Notes: a model not told the origin generated them from the sequence alone. A stretch of DNA of 64,000 nt from Acidobacteriota bacterium (GCA_040754955.1 JBFMCA010000004.1:29120-93119), one strand, 5' to 3'; counted from the first letter of the stretch, positions 18,202 to 28,845 are shown. Made by a program: numbers and translations.

Positions 18202-20997
18202 ATGTCCCCGGTCCCTGCCCTGTCGGTCCTCGCCGTCCTCGTCTGCGCGGCCCCGGCGCCCGCGCAGCCCGCCGGGGAGTCGGGCGAGGCCTACGCCGCC
18301 ATCCGCGCCAATTTGGAGGCCGCTCGCCCCGCCGGCGCCGTTCGCACCACGGCCTCCCGCCTCCTCCGCGACGAGCGCATTCGAAACACGCCGTCCCTCC
18401 GCCTCTTCGTGACCGGCGTCGCCGCGATGCTCTCGTACGATCGCAAGACGGCCGACCGCGATCTGACGCGCAGCTTCGACCTGGCGCCCTCCCCCCACGT
18501 GGCCCTGGCCCTGACCGCCAACGCCATCGAGATGGGCGACGCGGAGGCGGCAATGACGTGGGCCGATCGCGGGATGGCAGCCGCCGGAGCGGCCCTGGAC
18601 CCGCGCATGAAGGCCGAGCTGCTCCTCGCCCGTGCGCAGGGCCTGATCTGGCTCATGCGGTACGGCGAACACGCGGCCCACGTCGCCGAAGCGATCGACC
18701 TGGCGCGCCGGCTCGGAGACCGCCGGCTCATCGCCCTCGGCCTTCGATCCGAGGGTGTGATCCTGGGTGAGAGCGGCCGGCGTGAGGCGCTCGACCGGTT
18801 CGAAGAGGCGGCGCGCCTGAGCGAGGGTGACCCCCGGGCAATGGGCTATCACCTGCTGCTCATGAACACGTTCTACTACCTGGGCCACCCCTATGCGGAG
18901 AAGGTGCCGCTGCTCGATCGGGTGCTCGTCCTCGCGCGGCAGACGAGGGATCGGCAGCTCGAGGGGCGGGCGCTCGGGGCGCGCGGGGCCGCGCTTCGCG
19001 TGCTCGCGCGCTACGGCGAGGCGCTGCGGGATCTGACGGCGGCTGACGCGCTGCTGCGGGAGACCGGAGCGGTGCGGTCACGCGCCGCCGCCGCAGGCAA
19101 CCTGTCGCTGCTGCTGACGGACCTCGGCGACTACCCGCGCGCCGACGAGCAGGCGCGCCTGGCATTTGCGCTGTACCGCCAGGTCCGAAACCCGGCCGGC
19201 GCGCGCATGAGCCTGGACGACCTCGGGCACATCGCCCTGCTGCAGGGACAACCTGCCACCGCCGTGCGTCGCCATGAGCAGGCGGTTGCCCTGTCACGCC
19301 AACTGGGCGATGGCACCTATCTCCGCACGGCGCTCACCCGTCTGGGCCTCGCCTACATGACCCAGCAGCGTTGGGAACCGGCCGAGCGGGTGCTGCAGGA
19401 GGCCCTGCAGCTTGCCGAGGACGGCCGATACCCGGACGAGCGGGAGTCGGCCCGCATTGCCATGGCCGACCTCCTGCGCGCCACCGGCCGGACCGCTGAC
19501 GCGGCGGCCGCCTACCGGGAGGCACTCGCCGCGGCCCCAGGCCTCGCCTACGCCGCCACGCTGCTCGTCCGCGGCCACCACGGCCTGGGCCGGCTCGAGG
19601 CGGGCGCCGGCCGTCTGGAATCGGCCCTCCAGCACTACCGCCTCGCGCTCGCGGGCATCGAGCAGGCGCGGACCGGGGCGGGCAGCGCGGAGCTGCGCCT
19701 CACCTACTTCGCCGACAAGACAGCCCTGTATGTGGATGCCATCGACGTGTTGGTCGAGGCCCACCGACGCACCGGCGACCAGGCGCATCTCGGCGAGGCC
19801 TTCCTGGTGTCCGAACGGGCCAAGGCACGGACGCTCGTGGACGCCGTGGCCGGCGGCGGCGACTCGGGCGCCGGAGCATTCGCCAGCGTGGGCGACCTGG
19901 CCGACACGTTGGAACCCTCGGATGTGCTGATTGAGTACGTGGCGGGCGCGCACCGCTCCTTCGCGCTCACGCTCCGGCGGGATCGCACACTCACCGTGCA
20001 CGAACTGCCGGCGCGGGCGGCGCTCGACGAGCAGGTGGACGCCATCCGCCGGCTGATCGCCGAGCGGCCGCGACCGTCCGACCGTGGTGACGACGTGCGC
20101 CTCCACGCGTCGCGCGCGTTCGCGACGTTGCTGGCGCCGGCCCTGAGAGGCGTTGCGCCCGACAGTCGCCTGCTCATCGTTGCGGACGGGCGTCTCTTCT
20201 ACGCGCCCTTCGAGGCGTTCGTCGATCCGGCCACGGGCCAGTTCGTCGGCGAGACGTTCGAGGTCGTCCGGGCGGCCTCCGCGTCGGTGCTCCACGCACA
20301 GCGCGGCCGGCCCGAGTCCGCGGGCCCACCACGCTTGGTGGCCTTCGGCGACCCGCGGGTCTCCGGCGAGGCGCGGGCGGACGACGAACTCGTGCGCGCG
20401 CTCGAGCGCGACGGCTTCTCGTTCGCGCCCCTGCCCGGGTCGCGCCGCGAGGTGGAGGAGGCGGCCGCCGCGTTTGGCGCCGCCGACACGCGCATCTACA
20501 CCGGCGAGGCCTTCACCCGCGCCGCCGCGCTGGCCGCACTGCAGCAGCCCTACGGCATCGTGCACTTCGCCACGCACGCCATTCTGGACGAGCGCGTCCC
20601 CGAGCGCTCGGGCATCGTCACGTCGGCGCCAGCCAGCGGCGGGGCCCCGATCATCCTCCGCGCGCGCGAGCTCGCCGAGCTTCGGATACCAGCCGACCTT
20701 GTCGTGCTCTCGGGGTGTCAGACGGGCCTCGGCGCGGTGGTGAACGGCGAGGGGGTCCTCGGACTCTCCTGGGCCCTCACCCGTGCCGGCGTCGCGTCGC
20801 TCGTCGTGACGATGTGGAACGTGAGCGACGCGGCCGGCGCGCCGGCGATGGCGGCCTTCTACCGCGCGCTCGCGGCCGGCCAGACCAAGGCGGCCGCCCT
20901 CCGAACCGCCCGGCGCGAATTGCTGGCCGGCCCCAACCGGGCGCTCCACCACCCGTACTTCTGGGCGGGCTACGCCCTCATCGGCAACCCCCGCTAG
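18202..20997 (+). CDS. Exported TPR-repeat protein with a C-terminal CHAT (caspase-like) protease domain
   Basis: The N-terminal signal is MSPVPALSVLAVLVCAAPAPA-QP. A long TPR-like region follows. The CHAT domain has the His/Cys dyad context ..YGIVHFATHAILD.. and ..DLVVLSGCQTGLG.., and ends ..HPYFWAGYALIGNPR. Confidence 0.85.
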   Translation: MSPVPALSVLAVLVCAAPAPAQPAGESGEAYAAIRANLEAARPAGAVRTTASRLLRDERIRNTPSLRLFVTGVAAMLSYDRKTADRDLTRSFDLAPSPHVALALTANAIEMGDAEAAMTWADRGMAAAGAALDPRMKAELLLARAQGLIWLMRYGEHAAHVAEAIDLARRLGDRRLIALGLRSEGVILGESGRREALDRFEEAARLSEGDPRAMGYHLLLMNTFYYLGHPYAEKVPLLDRVLVLARQTRDRQLEGRALGARGAALRVLARYGEALRDLTAADALLRETGAVRSRAAAAGNLSLLLTDLGDYPRADEQARLAFALYRQVRNPAGARMSLDDLGHIALLQGQPATAVRRHEQAVALSRQLGDGTYLRTALTRLGLAYMTQQRWEPAERVLQEALQLAEDGRYPDERESARIAMADLLRATGRTADAAAAYREALAAAPGLAYAATLLVRGHHGLGRLEAGAGRLESALQHYRLALAGIEQARTGAGSAELRLTYFADKTALYVDAIDVLVEAHRRTGDQAHLGEAFLVSERAKARTLVDAVAGGGDSGAGAFASVGDLADTLEPSDVLIEYVAGAHRSFALTLRRDRTLTVHELPARAALDEQVDAIRRLIAERPRPSDRGDDVRLHASRAFATLLAPALRGVAPDSRLLIVADGRLFYAPFEAFVDPATGQFVGETFEVVRAASASVLHAQRGRPESAGPPRLVAFGDPRVSGEARADDELVRALERDGFSFAPLPGSRREVEEAAAAFGAADTRIYTGEAFTRAAALAALQQPYGIVHFATHAILDERVPERSGIVTSAPASGGAPIILRARELAELRIPADLVVLSGCQTGLGAVVNGEGVLGLSWALTRAGVASLVVTMWNVSDAAGAPAMAAFYRALAAGQTKAAALRTARRELLAGPNRALHHPYFWAGYALIGNPR

Positions 20998-21078
20998 AGA
21001 ATCGTTCGGCGCGGCGTGAAAGAAACGCCTGCCTCCCGCCACTTGGACCGCTGAGCACCGTCCATGCCGGAGGTTCCC

Positions 21079-22164
21079 ATGACCCGTACGCGCGCCGCCG
21101 CCCTGCTTGCTGCGCTGCTGTGGCTTGCCGGCTGCAGTCAATCCGCACATCCGACCAGTCCGTCCCCGCTGACGCCACGGCCCGCGGGCCTGTTCAGCCA
21201 GGCCGCCATCCCGAGCGTTGTGGACTGGAGCGCGGTGACCGGCGTGCGCGACTCCGCGACGTCCTCGGCATCGCCCGACGCTCCGGGTGCGCCGACGGGC
21301 CTCACGGTGAGTGTCTCGGGCTCCACCGTCACGCTGACCTGGATGGCCCCCGCGTCGGGCAACGCGACGAGCTACGTGCTCGAGGCCGGCACCGGCACGG
21401 GCCTGAGCGACGTGGCGAACTTCAACACGGGCAGCGCCGCCACCACGTTCACCACCACCGGCGTGCCCAACGGCACCTACTTCGTGCGCGTGCGCGGCCG
21501 CAACGCCGACGGCACCGGGGCGGCGTCGAACGAGATCACGGTCGTCGTGGGCGCCTGCGCCGCGCCGAGCGCGCCGACTGGCTTCACGGCCACGGCCAGC
21601 GGTGCCACGGTCACGTTGTCCTGGGCCGCCGTCGCCGGCGCAACCTCCTACCTGATCGAAGCAGGTCGCTCGAGCGGCGCCACCGACGTCACCACGTTCG
21701 ATACCGGCAGCACCGCCACGACCTTCAGCGGCACCGCGCCCGCGGGCACGTACTTTCTGCGCGTGCGGGCGCGTTCGGCATGCGGCCTCAGCCCGCCCTC
21801 GACCGAAGCGATCGTGATGGTCACCGGCGCGCCGCCACCTGCGGGTGGTTTGTCGGGCCTCTGGCGGGGCACGATGGTCGTCCGGGAGACGTCCGGCACC
21901 CAGGCCAATCAGATTGAAGTCGACTTCGTGCACGTGGGCACACGCCTGACAGGCACGGCTCGAGACGGAACATCGCGACCTCCTTCCACGTTCGACTTGA
22001 CTCAGCAGGCGTCGGGTAGCGTCTATCAAGGCACGTTGACGACGAACAGTCCCGGCTGCCAGATCGCGACGGGAAGTCTCGTCGCGTTGACCCCGACACG
22101 ACTGACGGGTACGTTCACCGTCCCATGCGGAAGCATGGACTTCGATCTGACGAAGATCTTCTGA
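21079..22164 (+). CDS. Lipoprotein with two tandem FN3-like domains and a C-terminal beta domain
   Basis: [19 protein letters not shown] (lipobox LAGC). Two repeats follow the pattern APxAPTGLTxxxSGxTVTLxW..ATSYxxEAG...GTYFxRVRxR. Confidence 0.75.
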   Translation: MTRTRAAALLAALLWLAGCSQSAHPTSPSPLTPRPAGLFSQAAIPSVVDWSAVTGVRDSATSSASPDAPGAPTGLTVSVSGSTVTLTWMAPASGNATSYVLEAGTGTGLSDVANFNTGSAATTFTTTGVPNGTYFVRVRGRNADGTGAASNEITVVVGACAAPSAPTGFTATASGATVTLSWAAVAGATSYLIEAGRSSGATDVTTFDTGSTATTFSGTAPAGTYFLRVRARSACGLSPPSTEAIVMVTGAPPPAGGLSGLWRGTMVVRETSGTQANQIEVDFVHVGTRLTGTARDGTSRPPSTFDLTQQASGSVYQGTLTTNSPGCQIATGSLVALTPTRLTGTFTVPCGSMDFDLTKIF

Positions 22165-22273
22165 CGGCAGCCGGCCGCGCGGGCGCCCCGGCCGGCAACG
22201 CCGCGCCCGGGACCGCCACGCCGCAGTTGACTCCCCCGCCAGATCGGAGACGATCGGCCGGGGGGATCTGCCG

Positions 22274-22780
22274 ATGACCGAAGAAGCCGCCGCTGTGGAC
22301 CGGCTGAACGCCGTGGGCGTGTTGACGCGCCGCGAGATCGAGGCGCGCATCCTCGCGCCGGTGGTCGACGCCCTGGGGCAGCGATTCGGCCGGGACGAGG
22401 TCATCGCCATCGTCCGGGACGTCATCGTCGGCATCGCGAAGGCCCAGGGCAGGGCCATGGCCGAGGCGCGGGGGGACGCGTCGCTTCCGGGCTTTGCGGC
22501 CTCCCTCGAGCCGTGGACCCGCGACGGCGCCCTCGAGATGCGGGTGCGCGAGCAGTCGGAGGATCGCCTCGCCTTCGACGTCACGCGGTGTCGCTACGCG
22601 GAGATGTACCGCGCGCTGGGCATCCCGGAGCTCGGGGCGGTCCTGTCCTGCAACCGGGATGCGGCGCTCATCGAAGGCTTCAACCCGGCCGTCACGTTCG
22701 TCCGCACGGGGACGCTCATGGAGGGCGCCGCATGCTGCGACTTCCGATATGCCCGCCGGCCACCCGGCGCTGACATATGA
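22274..22780 (+). CDS. L-2-amino-thiazoline-4-carboxylic acid hydrolase-like protein
   Basis: ..[62 protein letters not shown] matches my recollection of the ATC-hydrolase family C-terminal signature. Confidence 0.6.
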   Translation: MTEEAAAVDRLNAVGVLTRREIEARILAPVVDALGQRFGRDEVIAIVRDVIVGIAKAQGRAMAEARGDASLPGFAASLEPWTRDGALEMRVREQSEDRLAFDVTRCRYAEMYRALGIPELGAVLSCNRDAALIEGFNPAVTFVRTGTLMEGAACCDFRYARRPPGADI

Positions 22781-22790
22781 TCGGAAGTGC

Positions 22791-23999
22791 ATGGCGACCA
22801 AGACCACGACCAAGACGTCCTCCGACACCCGCTTCCGGTGGGACGACCCGCTGCTGCTCGAGCAGCAGCTGACCGACGAAGAGCGGATGATCCGAGACTC
22901 GGCGCGGGCGTACTGCCAGGACAAGCTGGCGCCCCGCGTGCTCGACGCGTTCCGCCACGAGAGGACCGATCCTGCCATCTTCCGCGAGCTCGGCGCGCTC
23001 GACATGCTGGGCATCGTCATTCCCGAGGAGTACGGCGGCGCCGGGCTCGGCTACGTGAGCTACGGGCTCGTGGCGCGGGAGGTGGAACGCATCGACTCGG
23101 GCTTCCGCTCCATGATGAGCGTGCAGGGCTCGCTGGTCATGGTGCCCATCAACGAGTTCGGCACCGAGGCCCAGAAGCGCAAGTTCCTGCCGAAGCTGGC
23201 CACGGGCGAGTGGATCGGCTGCTTCGGCCTGACCGAGCCGGGCCACGGGTCCGACCCGGGCGGCATGATCAGCCGGGCGAAGAAGGTGGACGGCGGGTTC
23301 GTGCTGAACGGCACCAAGTCGTGGATCACGAGCAGCCCGTTCGCCGACGTCTTCATCGTGTGGGCCAAGGACGATGAGGGCGCCATTCGCGGGTTCATCC
23401 TCGAAAAAGGCTGGAAAGGGCTGAGCGCGCCGCCCATTCACGGCAAGGTCGGCCTCCGCACGAGCCTCACGGGCGAGATCGTGATGGAAGAGGTGTTCTG
23501 CCCGGACGAGAACGTGTTCCCGGAGATTCGCGGGCTCAAGGGACCGTTCACGTGCCTGAACAGCGCCCGGTACGGCATCGCGTGGGGTGCGCTCGGCGCG
23601 GCCGAGGACTGCTGGCTGCGCGCCAGGCGCTACGTGCTCGAGCGCAAGCAGTTCGGGCGGCCGCTCGCGGCCAATCAGCTCATCCAGAAGAAGCTGGCCG
23701 ACATGCAGACCGAGATTGCGCTGGGCCTGCAGGCGTGCCTGCGCCTGGGCCGCATGAAGGACGAGGGCACGGCGGCGCCGGAGATCACGTCGATGCTCAA
23801 GCGCAACTCGTGCGGCAAGGCGCTCGACATCGCGCGCCTCGCGCGCGACATGATGGGCGGCAACGGCATCACCGACGAGTTCGGCGTCATCCGCCACCTG
23901 GTGAACCTCGAGGTCGTCAACACCTACGAGGGGACGCACGACATCCACGCGCTCATCCTGGGCCGCGCGCAGACCGGCATCGCCGCCTTCGCCAACTAA
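22791..23999 (+). CDS. gcdH: Glutaryl-CoA dehydrogenase (acyl-CoA dehydrogenase family)
   Basis: [97 protein letters not shown]. Confidence 0.9.
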   Translation: MATKTTTKTSSDTRFRWDDPLLLEQQLTDEERMIRDSARAYCQDKLAPRVLDAFRHERTDPAIFRELGALDMLGIVIPEEYGGAGLGYVSYGLVAREVERIDSGFRSMMSVQGSLVMVPINEFGTEAQKRKFLPKLATGEWIGCFGLTEPGHGSDPGGMISRAKKVDGGFVLNGTKSWITSSPFADVFIVWAKDDEGAIRGFILEKGWKGLSAPPIHGKVGLRTSLTGEIVMEEVFCPDENVFPEIRGLKGPFTCLNSARYGIAWGALGAAEDCWLRARRYVLERKQFGRPLAANQLIQKKLADMQTEIALGLQACLRLGRMKDEGTAAPEITSMLKRNSCGKALDIARLARDMMGGNGITDEFGVIRHLVNLEVVNTYEGTHDIHALILGRAQTGIAAFAN

Positions 24000-24009
24000 T
24001 TCGGGGTCG

Positions 24010-26445
24010 CTACCGCCGGTGCGACTCGCGCCTCACCCGGTCCTCGAGCGCCGCGAGCGATCGCGCGGCCAGCGCGCGACACGCGCCGGGGTCGACCATC
24101 GGATCGCCGGCCGCGCCGGGAGCCACCCCGCTCGCCGCGCGGCGGGCCAGCTTCTCGTCGAGCCCCGCCACGAACGGATGAGTGGAGACCACGATGTCGC
24201 AGGGCAACGCCCCCAGCTTGCGGATGCTCGCGCGGAACGACTCCACGATGCCGGCGTGTCCACCGCCGCCCGTGAACCGGTAGGTGTCGTTCGACACGGC
24301 CGACACGCTGTCCGCGTACACCATGTTCAGGCACCGCTCCCCCTTGCACGCCTGCCACGTCCAACTGGTCGCGCCCGGCGTATGCCCCGGGGTGTGATGC
24401 GCCGTGAAAACGGTGTCCCCGACCCGCAGCATCTCGCCGTCGCCAACCACCCTCACCCCGGACGTAACCGCCGGAAAGTCCTGGGACCGCGACGCTCCGC
24501 CAAACTGCGGGTCGTCCGGCGTCGGGTGGCCAAGCGCCAGCGCGCGCGCCGACGCCGCGCTCGCCACCACCGTCGCGCCCGTACGTCGCTGCAGGCCCCG
24601 CAGGCCGCCGGCGTGGTCGTAGTGCGCGTGCGACGTCAGGATGTACTTCACCTGCGCAGGGTCATGACCCAGCTTTCGGATGTTCGCGACGATCGACGCC
24701 GCCGACTGCGGCAGGCCCCCGTCCACGACGACGAGCCCGTCAGTCGTGACGACCAGCAGCGACGACAGCCCCTGGGGGCCGACATACCAGGTGTTGCCGA
24801 ACACCTCAAAAGGCTCGCGCGGCGCGTTCCACGCGGCGCACTCCGAACAGGTGATGGGCGTCTCGTCCTCGGCCGGCGCGAACCGCCGGAAGAAGCTGCC
24901 GTCGTTCCAGCGCGGGGTCGTCGGCCGGTTGGCCACCTCGGCCACCACCGCCAGGTACACCCGTCCGAAGTCCTCGGCGGCCTGCCGGTCGATGGGCTGC
25001 GCCAGATCGTCGCTCGGCGCGTGGTACCGCTCGCTCCGCCACCGTCGCACCATCTGGTGCTCGGCGGAGTCCTTCGTGAAGCCCACCTTCAGCGACAGCG
25101 CCGGGACGCCCGTCTTGATGAAGCTGTACTGATCGCTCCGCACGAACGCGTTGCGCTCGGGCTCCGGGTCGGACAGCACCTCGATGCCCAGCGGGCGCGC
25201 GGCACGAATCAGATCGGCGGCCAGGTCGGACTCCTCCAGCCCCTGCACGACGAGGCTCCGCAGCGGAAAGAGCGGCAGGAACATGTCGGTGTTGAGATTC
25301 GCCACGATGCGTCCGCCGGCCAGGGTCGGCCGGTTGGCGAAGTAGCGCGATCCGAGCAGCCCTTTCTCCTCGGCCGTCACCGCGGCAAAGACCAGCGACC
25401 GTTTGAACCCGCCCTGCTTCGCGGCCGCCGCAGCCGTCTCGATCAACGTGGCGATGCCCGAGGCGTTGTCCATGGCGCCGTTGTAGATGCTGTCGCCGTT
25501 GATGGGCTCACCGACGCCGACGTGGTCGAGGTGCGCCGAGATGGCCACGTATTCGTGCTTCAGCACGGGATCGGTGCCCGGGAGAATGGCGATGACGTTG
25601 TCGCTCTCGAGCGAAGCGGCCTCGATGGTCACCTTCACGCGAGCCCTCGATGGAATCGCAAACCGCGGGAGCACTTTGCCTGCGTTCGACAGCGCGAGGA
25701 CGTCGGCAAACGTGTGGCCGGACCCGGCGAAGAACGTCTCCGCGCGCGCCGGGTTGATGGTCACCGCCACCTGCTGCCCGAGCGTCTCGTCGAGGGCGGG
25801 GTCGGCAATGGCCACGGCCGGCATGAAGCGCGACAGCATCGACCGTTCCCAGGGTATGTCCTGCCCTCGCGGGTTCTGGATGGCCAACACGCCGATGGCG
25901 CCGGCCTTCTTCAGATACTCCCACCGCGTGCTCTGGTAGTGTGCGAGCAGCGGACCCGGGATGTGCGAGGGCCCGCCCGTGACGAGCAGCACGAGCTTGC
26001 CTTTGACGTCGAGCCCGTCGAGATCGTCGTGCTTCGCCTCGGGAATCTGCAGGCCGTAGCCCGCGAACACGATGGGCGCCTCCACACTGGGCGCCGGCTC
26101 GATGCGCATGGAAAACGTGGCTTCCGTCCCGAGCTCCACGGGCACGACGTCTCCGCCCGGCCGGACGAGCGCCAGGCTCGACTGCGCCTCGACGATGCGC
26201 CGGCTCCGGAACGGGACGGGCTGGAAGAAACCCTTCGTGCCGCCTGGCTGGAGGCCGGCTCGCCTGAAGTGTTCCGCGACGTACTCCGCGGCCTTCCGGT
26301 GTTCGGGCGTGCCCGTCTCTCGGCCCTTCATGTCGTCGCCTGCAAGCGCCACCACATGCGCCCACCACGCGGCGGCAGGCTGGCGCGCCTCGGGCGCAGA
26401 TATGGCAAGGAGACCAAGAACGAGCAGCCGCAGACCCTGACTCAT
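24010..26445 (-). CDS. Secreted fusion protein: M28-family (PA-domain) aminopeptidase fused to a subclass B3 metallo-beta-lactamase-fold domain
   Basis: The ORF is a single open frame. The N-terminal part has M28 motifs: HLDHVG, NGAMDNASGIATLIE, TAEEKGLLGSRYF. The C-terminal roughly 280 aa (about 24010-24852) read CSECAAWNAPREPFEVFGNTWYVG..TSHAHYDHAGG..HHTPGHTPG..VVSTHP, giving the B3 zinc ligands HxHxDH, H and H. Start chosen at the ATG at 26445 (SD GAGGG 5 nt upstream); alternatives are 26457 and 26478. Confidence 0.8.
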   Translation of the reverse strand: MSQGLRLLVLGLLAISAPEARQPAAAWWAHVVALAGDDMKGRETGTPEHRKAAEYVAEHFRRAGLQPGGTKGFFQPVPFRSRRIVEAQSSLALVRPGGDVVPVELGTEATFSMRIEPAPSVEAPIVFAGYGLQIPEAKHDDLDGLDVKGKLVLLVTGGPSHIPGPLLAHYQSTRWEYLKKAGAIGVLAIQNPRGQDIPWERSMLSRFMPAVAIADPALDETLGQQVAVTINPARAETFFAGSGHTFADVLALSNAGKVLPRFAIPSRARVKVTIEAASLESDNVIAILPGTDPVLKHEYVAISAHLDHVGVGEPINGDSIYNGAMDNASGIATLIETAAAAAKQGGFKRSLVFAAVTAEEKGLLGSRYFANRPTLAGGRIVANLNTDMFLPLFPLRSLVVQGLEESDLAADLIRAARPLGIEVLSDPEPERNAFVRSDQYSFIKTGVPALSLKVGFTKDSAEHQMVRRWRSERYHAPSDDLAQPIDRQAAEDFGRVYLAVVAEVANRPTTPRWNDGSFFRRFAPAEDETPITCSECAAWNAPREPFEVFGNTWYVGPQGLSSLLVVTTDGLVVVDGGLPQSAASIVANIRKLGHDPAQVKYILTSHAHYDHAGGLRGLQRRTGATVVASAASARALALGHPTPDDPQFGGASRSQDFPAVTSGVRVVGDGEMLRVGDTVFTAHHTPGHTPGATSWTWQACKGERCLNMVYADSVSAVSNDTYRFTGGGGHAGIVESFRASIRKLGALPCDIVVSTHPFVAGLDEKLARRAASGVAPGAAGDPMVDPGACRALAARSLAALEDRVRRESHRR

Positions 26446-26499
26446 GTATGCCCTCATTGAAGACTTGCGCGCCACCACAGGACGGCCGCCGTCGGCGCC

Positions 26500-28845
26500 T
26501 CAGCGCGCTCCCAGGCGCACGGCCCTGACCCGCCCGGCGTCGACAAAGTACAGATTATCCTCCGCATCGATGGCGATGCCTGCGGCCTGGGCCGACAGGT
26601 GCACTCTCGCGAGCGCCGCCGGACCGCCGTCGCCGCCAAACCCCGCTTGTCCGACCGAGCCGCCCTCGCCCACAATCCACGTCTGGTTTCCAGCCGCGTC
26701 CAGCCGGAAGAGACCCGCGATCACACCGGCGTAGAGATACCCTCGGTGGTAGACGAGCTTCGTCGTGTTGGCAACCGCGCGCAACGTTGTAATCCGTCCG
26801 TCGGGGGCCACCCGTCGAATCGCGGGCTGCTCCGACAGGTACAGACTTCCCGCCTCGTCTACGGCCACGCCCTTGGGCGTGTTGATGCACGCGTCCACTG
26901 CCGGTCCACCATCGCCACAGGATTGCCCGTTGCCGTACCTCTCCCAGCCGTTCACGGGCCCTCCGTTCCCGACAACGGTCGATACGCGACCGGTGGCGGC
27001 ATCGACCCGCCGAATCCGGTTGTTGTTGGTGTCCGCCACATACAGGTGGCCGTGGCGATCCCGCACGGCATCCCACGCCTGGCAGAACGTCGCTTCGGTC
27101 GCCGGGCCCCCATCACCCGTATAGGCGCAGACGGCGTTTCGACCCGCCACAGTCCGCACGATCCCGTCGATACCGAGGCGCTCGATGTGCGACCAGTTGA
27201 CCATGTCGACCGTACCATCCGGGTTCGCCTCGATGCCGAACGCCCCGATGCTGGCGAGGCGCGCCGGCGCCGGCAAGGGCTGGCCGACGAACGACCCCGT
27301 GCCCGCGATGGTCGTCACCACGCCGTCCCGGTCCAGACGGCGGATGCGCCCAAAGGCGTCGCCGATGAGCAGGGCGCCGTCGCCGGCGACTGCGATGTCG
27401 AGTGGCCGCATGGCGACGGCATAGGCCGGCACATCCTCGAATACCTGCCCCTCGTCTCCAATGGTCGAGGGCCCAATGCCCGCCACCGTGTACAGACGCC
27501 CGGTACGCACGTCGATTCGCCGCACGCGCGATACGGCCCCATCGGTGTAGTAGATCGTGCCGTCATCCGCGACGGCGAGGCCCGTGACCAGGCCCAGGCC
27601 TTCCGCCCGCGCCGACCCGCCCTCGACGGGCAGCGTCGGCGTGCCGCTGCCCCACGAGTCCAGATACACACCCGACGGGCTGACCTTCACGATGCGGCTC
27701 GATCCGCCGTAGTACAGATTGCCCGCGCGGTCGAAGGCCAGCGACCGCACGCGGCCGACGTAGTCGAGCGCGGGCTGCCGCGGCAGCGTGTAGAACGTCG
27801 TGATGACCCCGCTCTGCCGATCGATCCGGCGAATCCGGTAGTTCTCGGTATCCGCCAAGTACAGGTGCCCGCTCCTGTCGAGCGCCAGGAAGCCGGAGTC
27901 GGCATCGCCGACATCGAACTGGGCCAGCGTCGCCGGGCCGCCGTCGCCGGAGTACCCCGGCACCCCGGTGCCCGCAGCGGTCACGATGGTCCCGGTGGCG
28001 AGGTTGATTCGCCGTACGCGACCAGCGGCGAAATCGATCACGAAGACGTCCTGTGCATCGGCTGCGATGTGCGTCAGCCAACCGAAACTGGCCTGCGCAG
28101 CCGGGCCGCCGTCTCCGCGATACTCGCGCCTGCCGTCTCCGGCAATCGTCGTGATGATGCCGGTACCGGCGTCGATCCGGCGCACGCGCCCGTTCTGATC
28201 GGGAATCAGCACGTTGCCGCCCGGGTCGACCGCGATCGACAGCGGGAACATCACCGGCGCGTGAACGGACGGTCCTCCGTCGCCCGTTGGCGCACCGGGT
28301 GCCAATGGCCCGCGGTGTCGCGCGGTGAGCCGCTCGAAGGTTCCATCGGCCCGCACGCGCGACACTCGATCGTTATTCGGTTCGGCCAGATACAGGTACC
28401 CTCGAGGATCGAGCGCCAGTCCCGCCGGGTCAACGGTCGCCCGGACGGCGGGTCCATAGTCCCTGCTGAACGCGCCGATGCCCGCGACTGTGGTGATGTA
28501 GCCAGCCGGCAGATCCCGCAGACGGGGTGGCACGTAGAGATACTCGGCATACGCCGTACCCGACGTCGACTGGATCGTGATGACCGCGAAGCCGTTGTCG
28601 TGTGCCGGCATCCGCAGGCGCAGCTCGCCGTCGGAGTGCCCGATCGGAGCCACCACCACATCGTCGAGGCGAACGACCGCGGACGTGAAGCCGGCACCTA
28701 TCAGGCGCACCTCGGTACCGCCGGCGATCGGCCCTCGATCCGGGATGATGGCGTCGATGCGAAGCGGCGCGGTCAACGGTCGGAGCGGTTGACCGCCGGC
28801 GGCCACCGCCGAAAGCACAGCGCAGACAAGCAGTCGCGTCACCAT
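26500..28845 (-). CDS. Secreted IPT/TIG-domain protein with multiple NHL-type beta-propeller repeats
   Basis: Signal peptide MVTRLLVCAVLSAVAAG. IPT-like segment IIPDRGPIAGGTEVRLIGAGF. Then repeated units of the form YLYLAEPNNDRVSRVRADG, LYLADTENYRIRRIDRQSGVITT and LYVADTNNNRIRRVDAATGRVSTV. Confidence 0.8.
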   Translation of the reverse strand: MVTRLLVCAVLSAVAAGGQPLRPLTAPLRIDAIIPDRGPIAGGTEVRLIGAGFTSAVVRLDDVVVAPIGHSDGELRLRMPAHDNGFAVITIQSTSGTAYAEYLYVPPRLRDLPAGYITTVAGIGAFSRDYGPAVRATVDPAGLALDPRGYLYLAEPNNDRVSRVRADGTFERLTARHRGPLAPGAPTGDGGPSVHAPVMFPLSIAVDPGGNVLIPDQNGRVRRIDAGTGIITTIAGDGRREYRGDGGPAAQASFGWLTHIAADAQDVFVIDFAAGRVRRINLATGTIVTAAGTGVPGYSGDGGPATLAQFDVGDADSGFLALDRSGHLYLADTENYRIRRIDRQSGVITTFYTLPRQPALDYVGRVRSLAFDRAGNLYYGGSSRIVKVSPSGVYLDSWGSGTPTLPVEGGSARAEGLGLVTGLAVADDGTIYYTDGAVSRVRRIDVRTGRLYTVAGIGPSTIGDEGQVFEDVPAYAVAMRPLDIAVAGDGALLIGDAFGRIRRLDRDGVVTTIAGTGSFVGQPLPAPARLASIGAFGIEANPDGTVDMVNWSHIERLGIDGIVRTVAGRNAVCAYTGDGGPATEATFCQAWDAVRDRHGHLYVADTNNNRIRRVDAATGRVSTVVGNGGPVNGWERYGNGQSCGDGGPAVDACINTPKGVAVDEAGSLYLSEQPAIRRVAPDGRITTLRAVANTTKLVYHRGYLYAGVIAGLFRLDAAGNQTWIVGEGGSVGQAGFGGDGGPAALARVHLSAQAAGIAIDAEDNLYFVDAGRVRAVRLGAR

